A stretch of DNA of 64,000 nucleotides from Naegleria gruberi. Its lineage: Eukaryota. The position numbers and the translations under genes are program-made. Below are positions 1-12,000 of the stretch, piece by piece. Numbering within the stretch: the stretch's first letter is position 1; every line of letters begins with the position of its first letter. The stretch lies in NCBI GenBank assembly GCA_000004985.1, contig GG738869.1; one strand, written 5' to 3'. The notes beneath the pieces were generated by a model, which saw only the letters and a list, made by a program, of their open reading frames with translations, was not told the DNA's origin and searched no databases.

Positions 1-3000
1 NNNNNNNNNNNNNNNNNNNNNNNNNNNNNNNNNNNNNNNNNNNNNNNNNNNNNNNNNNNNNNNNNNNNNNNNNNNNNNNNNNNNNNNNNNNNNNNNNNNN
101 NNNNNNNNNNNNNNNNNNNNNNNNNNNNNNNNNNNNNNNNNNNNNNNNNNNNNNNNNNNNNNNNNNNNNNNNNNNNNNNNNNNNNNNNNNNNNNNNNNNN
201 NNNNNNNNNNNNNNNNNNNNNNNNNNNNNNNNNNNNNNNNNNNNNNNNNNNNNNNNNNNNNNNNNNNNNNNNNNNNNNNNNNNNNNNNNNNNNNNNNNNN
301 NNNNNNNNNNNNNNNNNNNNNNNNNNNNNNNNNNNNNNNNNNNNNNNNNNNNNNNNNNNNNNNNNNNNNNNNNNNNNNNNNNNNNNNNNNNNNNNNNNNN
401 NNNNNNNNNNNNNNNNNNNNNNNNNNNNNNNNNNNNNNNNNNNNNNNNNNNNNNNNNNNNNNNNNNNNNNNNNNNNNNNNNNNNNNNNNNNNNNNNNNNN
501 NNNNNNNNNNNNNNNNNNNNNNNNNNNNNNNNNNNNNNNNNNNNNNNNNNNNNNNNNNNNNNNNNNNNNNNNNNNNNNNNNNNNNNNNNNNNNNNNNNNN
601 NNNNNNNNNNNNNNNNNNNNNNNNNNNNNNNNNNNNNNNNNNNNNNNNNNNNNNNNNNNNNNNNNNNNNNNNNNNNNNNNNNNNNNNNNNNNNNNNNNNN
701 NNNNNNNNNNNNNNNNNNNNNNNNNNNNNNNNNNNNNNNNNNNNNNNNNNNNNNNNNNNNNNNNNNNNNNNNNNNNNNNNNNNNNNNNNNNNNNNNNNNN
801 NNNNNNNNNNNNNNNNNNNNNNNNNNNNNNNNNNNNNNNNNNNNNNNNNNNNNNNNNNNNNNNNNNNNNNNNNNNNNNNNNNNNNNNNNNNNNNNNNNNN
901 NNNNNNNNNNNNNNNNNNNNNNNNNNNNNNNNNNNNNNNNNNNNNNNNNNNNNNNNNNNNNNNNNNNNNNNNNNNNNNNNNNNNNNNNNNNNNNNNNNNN
1001 NNNNNNNNNNNNNNNNNNNNNNNNNNNNNNNNNNNNNNNNNNNNNNNNNNNNNNNNNNNNNNNNNNNNNNNNNNNNNNNNNNNNNNNNNNNNNNNNNNNN
1101 NNNNNNNNNNNNNNNNNNNNNNNNNNNNNNNNNNNNNNNNNNNNNNNNNNNNNNNNNNNNNNNNNNNNNNNNNNNNNNNNNNNNNNNNNNNNNNNNNNNN
1201 NNNNNNNNNNNNNNNNNNNNNNNNNNNNNNNNNNNNNNNNNNNNNNNNNNNNNNNNNNNNNNNNNNNNNNNNNNNNNNNNNNNNNNNNNNNNNNNNNNNN
1301 NNNNNNNNNNNNNNNNNNNNNNNNNNNNNNNNNNNNNNNNNNNNNNNNNNNNNNNNNNNNNNNNNNNNNNNNNNNNNNNNNNNNNNNNNNNNNNNNNNNN
1401 NNNNNNNNNNNNNNNNNNNNNNNNNNNNNNNNNNNNNNNNNNNNNNNNNNNNNNNNNNNNNNNNNNNNNNNNNNNNNNNNNNNNNNNNNNNNNNNNNNNN
1501 NNNNNNNNNNNNNNNNNNNNNNNNNNNNNNNNNNNNNNNNNNNNNNNNNNNNNNNNNNNNNNNNNNNNNNNNNNNNNNNNNNNNNNNNNNNNNNNNNNNN
1601 NNNNNNNNNNNNNNNNNNNNNNNNNNNNNNNNNNNNNNNNNNNNNNNNNNNNNNNNNNNNNNNNNNNNNNNNNNNNNNNNNNNNNNNNNNNNNNNNNNNN
1701 NNNNNNNNNNNNNNNNNNNNNNNNNNNNNNNNNNNNNNNNNNNNNNNNNNNNNNNNNNNNNNNNNNNNNNNNNNNNNNNNNNNNNNNNNNNNNNNNNNNN
1801 NNNNNNNNNNNNNNNNNNNNNNNNNNNNNNNNNNNNNNNNNNNNNNNNNNNNNNNNNNNNNNNNNNNNNNNNNNNNNNNNNNNNNNNNNNNNNNNNNNNN
1901 NNNNNNNNNNNNNNNNNNNNNNNNNNNNNNNNNNNNNNNNNNNNNNNNNNNNNNNNNNNNNNNNNNNNNNNNNNNNNNNNNNNNNNNNNNNNNNNNNNNN
2001 NNNNNNNNNNNNNNNNNNNNNNNNNNNNNNNNNNNNNNNNNNNNNNNNNNNNNNNNNNNNNNNNNNNNNNNNNNNNNNNNNNNNNNNNNNNNNNNNNNNN
2101 NNNNNNNNNNNNNNNNNNNNNNNNNNNNNNNNNNNNNNNNNNNNNNNNNNNNNNNNNNNNNNNNNNNNNNNNNNNNNNNNNNNNNNNNNNNNNNNNNNNN
2201 NNNNNNNNNNNNNNNNNNNNNNNNNNNNNNNNNNNNNNNNNNNNNNNNNNNNNNNNNNNNNNNNNNNNNNNNNNNNNNNNNNNNNNNNNNNNNNNNNNNN
2301 NNNNNNNNNNNNNNNNNNNNNNNNNNNNNNNNNNNNNNNNNNNNNNNNNNNNNNNNNNNNNNNNNNNNNNNNNNNNNNNNNNNNNNNNNNNNNNNNNNNN
2401 NNNNNNNNNNNNNNNNNNNNNNNNNNNNNNNNNNNNNNNNNNNNNNNNNNNNNNNNNNNNNNNNNNNNNNNNNNNNNNNNNNNNNNNNNNNNNNNNNNNN
2501 NNNNNNNNNNNNNNNNNNNNNNNNNNNNNNNNNNNNNNNNNNNNNNNNNNNNNNNNNNNNNNNNNNNNNNNNNNNNNNNNNNNNNNNNNNNNNNNNNNNN
2601 NNNNNNNNNNNNNNNNNNNNNNNNNNNNNNNNNNNNNNNNNNNNNNNNNNNNNNNNNNNNNNNNNNNNNNNNNNNNNNNNNNNNNNNNNNNNNNNNNNNN
2701 NNNNNNNNNNNNNNNNNNNNNNNNNNNNNNNNNNNNNNNNNNNNNNNNNNNNNNNNNNNNNNNNNNNNNNNNNNNNNNNNNNNNNNNNNNNNNNNNNNNN
2801 NNNNNNNNNNNNNNNNNNNNNNNNNNNNNNNNNNNNNNNNNNNNNNNNNNNNNNNNNNNNNNNNNNNNNNNNNNNNNNNNNNNNNNNNNNNNNNNNNNNN
2901 NNNNNNNNNNNNNNNNNNNNNNNNNNNNNNNNNNNNNNNNNNNNNNNNNNNNNNNNNNNNNNNNNNNNNNNNNNNNNNNNNNNNNNNNNNNNNNNNNNNN

Positions 3001-6000
3001 NNNNNNNNNNNNNNNNNNNNNNNNNNNNNNNNNNNNNNNNNNNNNNNNNNNNNNNNNNNNNNNNNNNNNNNNNNNNNNNNNNNNNNNNNNNNNNNNNNNN
3101 NNNNNNNNNNNNNNNNNNNNNNNNNNNNNNNNNNNNNNNNNNNNNNNNNNNNNNNNNNNNNNNNNNNNNNNNNNNNNNNNNNNNNNNNNNNNNNNNNNNN
3201 NNNNNNNNNNNNNNNNNNNNNNNNNNNNNNNNNNNNNNNNNNNNNNNNNNNNNNNNNNNNNNNNNNNNNNNNNNNNNNNNNNNNNNNNNNNNNNNNNNNN
3301 NNNNNNNNNNNNNNNNNNNNNNNNNNNNNNNNNNNNNNNNNNNNNNNNNNNNNNNNNNNNNNNNNNNNNNNNNNNNNNNNNNNNNNNNNNNNNNNNNNNN
3401 NNNNNNNNNNNNNNNNNNNNNNNNNNNNNNNNNNNNNNNNNNNNNNNNNNNNNNNNNNNNNNNNNNNNNNNNNNNNNNNNNNNNNNNNNNNNNNNNNNNN
3501 NNNNNNNNNNNNNNNNNNNNNNNNNNNNNNNNNNNNNNNNNNNNNNNNNNNNNNNNNNNNNNNNNNNNNNNNNNNNNNNNNNNNNNNNNNNNNNNNNNNN
3601 NNNNNNNNNNNNNNNNNNNNNNNNNNNNNNNNNNNNNNNNNNNNNNNNNNNNNNNNNNNNNNNNNNNNNNNNNNNNNNNNNNNNNNNNNNNNNNNNNNNN
3701 NNNNNNNNNNNNNNNNNNNNNNNNNNNNNNNNNNNNNNNNNNNNNNNNNNNNNNNNNNNNNNNNNNNNNNNNNNNNNNNNNNNNNNNNNNNNNNNNNNNN
3801 NNNNNNNNNNNNNNNNNNNNNNNNNNNNNNNNNNNNNNNNNNNNNNNNNNNNNNNNNNNNNNNNNNNNNNNNNNNNNNNNNNNNNNNNNNNNNNNNNNNN
3901 NNNNNNNNNNNNNNNNNNNNNNNNNNNNNNNNNNNNNNNNNNNNNNNNNNNNNNNNNNNNNNNNNNNNNNNNNNNNNNNNNNNNNNNNNNNNNNNNNNNN
4001 NNNNNNNNNNNNNNNNNNNNNNNNNNNNNNNNNNNNNNNNNNNNNNNNNNNNNNNNNNNNNNNNNNNNNNNNNNNNNNNNNNNNNNNNNNNNNNNNNNNN
4101 NNNNNNNNNNNNNNNNNNNNNNNNNNNNNNNNNNNNNNNNNNNNNNNNNNNNNNNNNNNNNNNNNNNNNNNNNNNNNNNNNNNNNNNNNNNNNNNNNNNN
4201 NNNNNNNNNNNNNNNNNNNNNNNNNNNNNNNNNNNNNNNNNNNNNNNNNNNNNNNNNNNNNNNNNNNNNNNNNNNNNNNNNNNNNNNNNNNNNNNNNNNN
4301 NNNNNNNNNNNNNNNNNNNNNNNNNNNNNNNNNNNNNNNNNNNNNNNNNNNNNNNNNNNNNNNNNNNNNNNNNNNNNNNNNNNNNNNNNNNNNNNNNNNN
4401 NNNNNNNNNNNNNNNNNNNNNNNNNNNNNNNNNNNNNNNNNNNNNNNNNNNNNNNNNNNNNNNNNNNNNNNNNNNNNNNNNNNNNNNNNNNNNNNNNNNN
4501 NNNNNNNNNNNNNNNNNNNNNNNNNNNNNNNNNNNNNNNNNNNNNNNNNNNNNNNNNNNNNNNNNNNNNNNNNNNNNNNNNNNNNNNNNNNNNNNNNNNN
4601 NNNNNNNNNNNNNNNNNNNNNNNNNNNNNNNNNNNNNNNNNNNNNNNNNNNNNNNNNNNNNNNNNNNNNNNNNNNNNNNNNNNNNNNNNNNNNNNNNNNN
4701 NNNNNNNNNNNNNNNNNNNNNNNNNNNNNNNNNNNNNNNNNNNNNNNNNNNNNNNNNNNNNNNNNNNNNNNNNNNNNNNNNNNNNNNNNNNNNNNNNNNN
4801 NNNNNNNNNNNNNNNNNNNNNNNNNNNNNNNNNNNNNNNNNNNNNNNNNNNNNNNNNNNNNNNNNNNNNNNNNNNNNNNNNNNNNNNNNNNNNNNNNNNN
4901 NNNNNNNNNNNNNNNNNNNNNNNNNNNNNNNNNNNNNNNNNNNNNNNNNNNNNNNNNNNNNNNNNNNNNNNNNNNNNNNNNNNNNNNNNNNNNNNNNNNN
5001 NNNNNNNNNNNNNNNNNNNNNNNNNNNNNNNNNNNNNNNNNNNNNNNNNNNNNNNNNNNNNNNNNNNNNNNNNNNNNNNNNNNNNNNNNNNNNNNNNNNN
5101 NNNNNNNNNNNNNNNNNNNNNNNNNNNNNNNNNNNNNNNNNNNNNNNNNNNNNNNNNNNNNNNNNNNNNNNNNNNNNNNNNNNNNNNNNNNNNNNNNNNN
5201 NNNNNNNNNNNNNNNNNNNNNNNNNNNNNNNNNNNNNNNNNNNNNNNNNNNNNNNNNNNNNNNNNNNNNNNNNNNNNNNNNNNNNNNNNNNNNNNNNNNN
5301 NNNNNNNNNNNNNNNNNNNNNNNNNNNNNNNNNNNNNNNNNNNNNNNNNNNNNNNNNNNNNNNNNNNNNNNNNNNNNNNNNNNNNNNNNNNNNNNNNNNN
5401 NNNNNNNNNNNNNNNNNNNNNNNNNNNNNNNNNNNNNNNNNNNNNNNNNNNNNNNNNNNNNNNNNNNNNNNNNNNNNNNNNNNNNNNNNNNNNNNNNNNN
5501 NNNNNNNNNNNNNNNNNNNNNNNNNNNNNNNNNNNNNNNNNNNNNNNNNNNNNNNNNNNNNNNNNNNNNNNNNNNNNNNNNNNNNNNNNNNNNNNNNNNN
5601 NNNNNNNNNNNNNNNNNNNNNNNNNNNNNNNNNNNNNNNNNNNNNNNNNNNNNNNNNNNNNNNNNNNNNNNNNNNNNNNNNNNNNNNNNNNNNNNNNNNN
5701 NNNNNNNNNNNNNNNNNNNNNNNNNNNNNNNNNNNNNNNNNNNNNNNNNNNNNNNNNNNNNNNNNNNNNNNNNNNNNNNNNNNNNNNNNNNNNNNNNNNN
5801 NNNNNNNNNNNNNNNNNNNNNNNNNNNNNNNNNNNNNNNNNNNNNNNNNNNNNNNNNNNNNNNNNNNNNNNNNNNNNNNNNNNNNNNNNNNNNNNNNNNN
5901 NNNNNNNNNNNNNNNNNNNNNNNNNNNNNNNNNNNNNNNNNNNNNNNNNNNNNNNNNNNNNNNNNNNNNNNNNNNNNNNNNNNNNNNNNNNNNNNNNNNN

Positions 6001-9000
6001 NNNNNNNNNNNNNNNNNNNNNNNNNNNNNNNNNNNNNNNNNNNNNNNNNNNNNNNNNNNNNNNNNNNNNNNNNNNNNNNNNNNNNNNNNNNNNNNNNNNN
6101 NNNNNNNNNNNNNNNNNNNNNNNNNNNNNNNNNNNNNNNNNNNNNNNNNNNNNNNNNNNNNNNNNNNNNNNNNNNNNNNNNNNNNNNNNNNNNNNNNNNN
6201 NNNNNNNNNNNNNNNNNNNNNNNNNNNNNNNNNNNNNNNNNNNNNNNNNNNNNNNNNNNNNNNNNNNNNNNNNNNNNNNNNNNNNNNNNNNNNNNNNNNN
6301 NNNNNNNNNNNNNNNNNNNNNNNNNNNNNNNNNNNNNNNNNNNNNNNNNNNNNNNNNNNNNNNNNNNNNNNNNNNNNNNNNNNNNNNNNNNNNNNNNNNN
6401 NNNNNNNNNNNNNNNNNNNNNNNNNNNNNNNNNNNNNNNNNNNNNNNNNNNNNNNNNNNNNNNNNNNNNNNNNNNNNNNNNNNNNNNNNNNNNNNNNNNN
6501 NNNNNNNNNNNNNNNNNNNNNNNNNNNNNNNNNNNNNNNNNNNNNNNNNNNNNNNNNNNNNNNNNNNNNNNNNNNNNNNNNNNNNNNNNNNNNNNNNNNN
6601 NNNNNNNNNNNNNNNNNNNNNNNNNNNNNNNNNNNNNNNNNNNNNNNNNNNNNNNNNNNNNNNNNNNNNNNNNNNNNNNNNNNNNNNNNNNNNNNNNNNN
6701 NNNNNNNNNNNNNNNNNNNNNNNNNNNNNNNNNNNNNNNNNNNNNNNNNNNNNNNNNNNNNNNNNNNNNNNNNNNNNNNNNNNNNNNNNNNNNNNNNNNN
6801 NNNNNNNNNNNNNNNNNNNNNNNNNNNNNNNNNNNNNNNNNNNNNNNNNNNNNNNNNNNNNNNNNNNNNNNNNNNNNNNNNNNNNNNNNNNNNNNNNNNN
6901 NNNNNNNNNNNNNNNNNNNNNNNNNNNNNNNNNNNNNNNNNNNNNNNNNNNNNNNNNNNNNNNNNNNNNNNNNNNNNNNNNNNNNNNNNNNNNNNNNNNN
7001 NNNNNNNNNNNNNNNNNNNNNNNNNNNNNNNNNNNNNNNNNNNNNNNNNNNNNNNNNNNNNNNNNNNNNNNNNNNNNNNNNNNNNNNNNNNNNNNNNNNN
7101 NNNNNNNNNNNNNNNNNNNNNNNNNNNNNNNNNNNNNNNNNNNNNNNNNNNNNNNNNNNNNNNNNNNNNNNNNNNNNNNNNNNNNNNNNNNNNNNNNNNN
7201 NNNNNNNNNNNNNNNNNNNNNNNNNNNNNNNNNNNNNNNNNNNNNNNNNNNNNNNNNNNNNNNNNNNNNNNNNNNNNNNNNNNNNNNNNNNNNNNNNNNN
7301 NNNNNNNNNNNNNNNNNNNNNNNNNNNNNNNNNNNNNNNNNNNNNNNNNNNNNNNNNNNNNNNNNNNNNNNNNNNNNNNNNNNNNNNNNNNNNNNNNNNN
7401 NNNNNNNNNNNNNNNNNNNNNNNNNNNNNNNNNNNNNNNNNNNNNNNNNNNNNNNNNNNNNNNNNNNNNNNNNNNNNNNNNNNNNNNNNNNNNNNNNNNN
7501 NNNNNNNNNNNNNNNNNNNNNNNNNNNNNNNNNNNNNNNNNNNNNNNNNNNNNNNNNNNNNNNNNNNNNNNNNNNNNNNNNNNNNNNNNNNNNNNNNNNN
7601 NNNNNNNNNNNNNNNNNNNNNNNNNNNNNNNNNNNNNNNNNNNNNNNNNNNNNNNNNNNNNNNNNNNNNNNNNNNNNNNNNNNNNNNNNNNNNNNNNNNN
7701 NNNNNNNNNNNNNNNNNNNNNNNNNNNNNNNNNNNNNNNNNNNNNNNNNNNNNNNNNNNNNNNNNNNNNNNNNNNNNNNNNNNNNNNNNNNNNNNNNNNN
7801 NNNNNNNNNNNNNNNNNNNNNNNNNNNNNNNNNNNNNNNNNNNNNNNNNNNNNNNNNNNNNNNNNNNNNNNNNNNNNNNNNNNNNNNNNNNNNNNNNNNN
7901 NNNNNNNNNNNNNNNNNNNNNNNNNNNNNNNNNNNNNNNNNNNNNNNNNNNNNNNNNNNNNNNNNNNNNNNNNNNNNNNNNNNNNNNNNNNNNNNNNNNN
8001 NNNNNNNNNNNNNNNNNNNNNNNNNNNNNNNNNNNNNNNNNNNNNNNNNNNNNNNNNNNNNNNNNNNNNNNNNNNNNNNNNNNNNNNNNNNNNNNNNNNN
8101 NNNNNNNNNNNNNNNNNNNNNNNNNNNNNNNNNNNNNNNNNNNNNNNNNNNNNNNNNNNNNNNNNNNNNNNNNNNNNNNNNNNNNNNNNNNNNNNNNNNN
8201 NNNNNNNNNNNNNNNNNNNNNNNNNNNNNNNNNNNNNNNNNNNNNNNNNNNNNNNNNNNNNNNNNNNNNNNNNNNNNNNNNNNNNNNNNNNNNNNNNNNN
8301 NNNNNNNNNNNNNNNNNNNNNNNNNNNNNNNNNNNNNNNNNNNNNNNNNNNNNNNNNNNNNNNNNNNNNNNNNNNNNNNNNNNNNNNNNNNNNNNNNNNN
8401 NNNNNNNNNNNNNNNNNNNNNNNNNNNNNNNNNNNNNNNNNNNNNNNNNNNNNNNNNNNNNNNNNNNNNNNNNNNNNNNNNNNNNNNNNNNNNNNNNNNN
8501 NNNNNNNNNNNNNNNNNNNNNNNNNNNNNNNNNNNNNNNNNNNNNNNNNNNNNNNNNNNNNNNNNNNNNNNNNNNNNNNNNNNNNNNNNNNNNNNNNNNN
8601 NNNNNNNNNNNNNNNNNNNNNNNNNNNNNNNNNNNNNNNNNNNNNNNNNNNNNNNNNNNNNNNNNNNNNNNNNNNNNNNNNNNNNNNNNNNNNNNNNNNN
8701 NNNNNNNNNNNNNNNNNNNNNNNNNNNNNNNNNNNNNNNNNNNNNNNNNNNNNNNNNNNNNNNNNNNNNNNNNNNNNNNNNNNNNNNNNNNNNNNNNNNN
8801 NNNNNNNNNNNNNNNNNNNNNNNNNNNNNNNNNNNNNNNNNNNNNNNNNNNNNNNNNNNNNNNNNNNNNNNNNNNNNNNNNNNNNNNNNNNNNNNNNNNN
8901 NNNNNNNNNNNNNNNNNNNNNNNNNNNNNNNNNNNNNNNNNNNNNNNNNNNNNNNNNNNNNNNNNNNNNNNNNNNNNNNNNNNNNNNNNNNNNNNNNNNN

Positions 9001-12000
9001 NNNNNNNNNNNNNNNNNNNNNNNNNNNNNNNNNNNNNNNNNNNNNNNNNNNNNNNNNNNNNNNNNNNNNNNNNNNNNNNNNNNNNNNNNNNNNNNNNNNN
9101 NNNNNNNNNNNNNNNNNNNNNNNNNNNNNNNNNNNNNNNNNNNNNNNNNNNNNNNNNNNNNNNNNNNNNNNNNNNNNNNNNNNNNNNNNNNNNNNNNNNN
9201 NNNNNNNNNNNNNNNNNNNNNNNNNNNNNNNNNNNNNNNNNNNNNNNNNNNNNNNNNNNNNNNNNNNNNNNNNNNNNNNNNNNNNNNNNNNNNNNNNNNN
9301 NNNNNNNNNNNNNNNNNNNNNNNNNNNNNNNNNNNNNNNNNNNNNNNNNNNNNNNNNNNNNNNNNNNNNNNNNNNNNNNNNNNNNNNNNNNNNNNNNNNN
9401 NNNNNNNNNNNNNNNNNNNNNNNNNNNNNNNNNNNNNNNNNNNNNNNNNNNNNNNNNNNNNNNNNNNNNNNNNNNNNNNNNNNNNNNNNNNNNNNNNNNN
9501 NNNNNNNNNNNNNNNNNNNNNNNNNNNNNNNNNNNNNNNNNNNNNNNNNNNNNNNNNNNNNNNNNNNNNNNNNNNNNNNNNNNNNNNNNNNNNNNNNNNN
9601 NNNNNNNNNNNNNNNNNNNNNNNNNNNNNNNNNNNNNNNNNNNNNNNNNNNNNNNNNNNNNNNNNNNNNNNNNNNNNNNNNNNNNNNNNNNNNNNNNNNN
9701 NNNNNNNNNNNNNNNNNNNNNNNNNNNNNNNNNNNNNNNNNNNNNNNNNNNNNNNNNNNNNNNNNNNNNNNNNNNNNNNNNNNNNNNNNNNNNNNNNNNN
9801 NNNNNNNNNNNNNNNNNNNNNNNNNNNNNNNNNNNNNNNNNNNNNNNNNNNNNNNNNNNNNNNNNNNNNNNNNNNNNNNNNNNNNNNNNNNNNNNNNNNN
9901 NNNNNNNNNNNNNNNNNNNNNNNNNNNNNNNNNNNNNNNNNNNNNNNNNNNNNNNNNNNNNNNNNNNNNNNNNNNNNNNNNNNNNNNNNNNNNNNNNNNN
10001 NNNNNNNNNNNNNNNNNNNNNNNNNNNNNNNNNNNNNNNNNNNNNNNNNNNNNNNNNNNNNNNNNNNNNNNNNNNNNNNNNNNNNNNNNNNNNNNNNNNN
10101 NNNNNNNNNNNNNNNNNNNNNNNNNNNNNNNNNNNNNNNNNNNNNNNNNNNNNNNNNNNNNNNNNNNNNNNNNNNNNNNNNNNNNNNNNNNNNNNNNNNN
10201 NNNNNNNNNNNNNNNNNNNNNNNNNNNNNNNNNNNNNNNNNNNNNNNNNNNNNNNNNNNNNNNNNNNNNNNNNNNNNNNNNNNNNNNNNNNNNNNNNNNN
10301 NNNNNNNNNNNNNNNNNNNNNNNNNNNNNNNNNNNNNNNNNNNNNNNNNNNNNNNNNNNNNNNNNNNNNNNNNNNNNNNNNNNNNNNNNNNNNNNNNNNN
10401 NNNNNNNNNNNNNNNNNNNNNNNNNNNNNNNNNNNNNNNNNNNNNNNNNNNNNNNNNNNNNNNNNNNNNNNNNNNNNNNNNNNNNNNNNNNNNNNNNNNN
10501 NNNNNNNNNNNNNNNNNNNNNNNNNNNNNNNNNNNNNNNNNNNNNNNNNNNNNNNNNNNNNNNNNNNNNNNNNNNNNNNNNNNNNNNNNNNNNNNNNNNN
10601 NNNNNNNNNNNNNNNNNNNNNNNNNNNNNNNNNNNNNNNNNNNNNNNNNNNNNNNNNNNNNNNNNNNNNNNNNNNNNNNNNNNNNNNNNNNNNNNNNNNN
10701 NNNNNNNNNNNNNNNNNNNNNNNNNNNNNNNNNNNNNNNNNNNNNNNNNNNNNNNNNNNNNNNNNNNNNNNNNNNNNNNNNNNNNNNNNNNNNNNNNNNN
10801 NNNNNNNNNNNNNNNNNNNNNNNNNNNNNNNNNNNNNNNNNNNNNNNNNNNNNNNNNNNNNNNNNNNNNNNNNNNNNNNNNNNNNNNNNNNNNNNNNNNN
10901 NNNNNNNNNNNNNNNNNNNNNNNNNNNNNNNNNNNNNNNNNNNNNNNNNNNNNNNNNNNNNNNNNNNNNNNNNNNNNNNNNNNNNNNNNNNNNNNNNNNN
11001 NNNNNNNNNNNNNNNNNNNNNNNNNNNNNNNNNNNNNNNNNNNNNNNNNNNNNNNNNNNNNNNNNNNNNNNNNNNNNNNNNNNNNNNNNNNNNNNNNNNN
11101 NNNNNNNNNNNNNNNNNNNNNNNNNNNNNNNNNNNNNNNNNNNNNNNNNNNNNNNNNNNNNNNNNNNNNNNNNNNNNNNNNNNNNNNNNNNNNNNNNNNN
11201 NNNNNNNNNNNNNNNNNNNNNNNNNNNNNNNNNNNNNNNNNNNNNNNNNNNNNNNNNNNNNNNNNNNNNNNNNNNNNNNNNNNNNNNNNNNNNNNNNNNN
11301 NNNNNNNNNNNNNNNNNNNNNNNNNNNNNNNNNNNNNNNNNNNNNNNNNNNNNNNNNNNNNNNNNNNNNNNNNNNNNNNNNNNNNNNNNNNNNNNNNNNN
11401 NNNNNNNNNNNNNNNNNNNNNNNNNNNNNNNNNNNNNNNNNNNNNNNNNNNNNNNNNNNNNNNNNNNNNNNNNNNNNNNNNNNNNNNNNNNNNNNNNNNN
11501 NNNNNNNNNNNNNNNNNNNNNNNNNNNNNNNNNNNNNNNNNNNNNNNNNNNNNNNNNNNNNNNNNNNNNNNNNNNNNNNNNNNNNNNNNNNNNNNNNNNN
11601 NNNNNNNNNNNNNNNNNNNNNNNNNNNNNNNNNNNNNNNNNNNNNNNNNNNNNNNNNNNNNNNNNNNNNNNNNNNNNNNNNNNNNNNNNNNNNNNNNNNN
11701 NNNNNNNNNNNNNNNNNNNNNNNNNNNNNNNNNNNNNNNNNNNNNNNNNNNNNNNNNNNNNNNNNNNNNNNNNNNNNNNNNNNNNNNNNNNNNNNNNNNN
11801 NNNNNNNNNNNNNNNNNNNNNNNNNNNNNNNNNNNNNNNNNNNNNNNNNNNNNNNNNNNNNNNNNNNNNNNNNNNNNNNNNNNNNNNNNNNNNNNNNNNN
11901 NNNNNNNNNNNNNNNNNNNNNNNNNNNNNNNNNNNNNNNNNNNNNNNNNNNNNNNNNNNNNNNNNNNNNNNNNNNNNNNNNNNNNNNNNNNNNNNNNNNN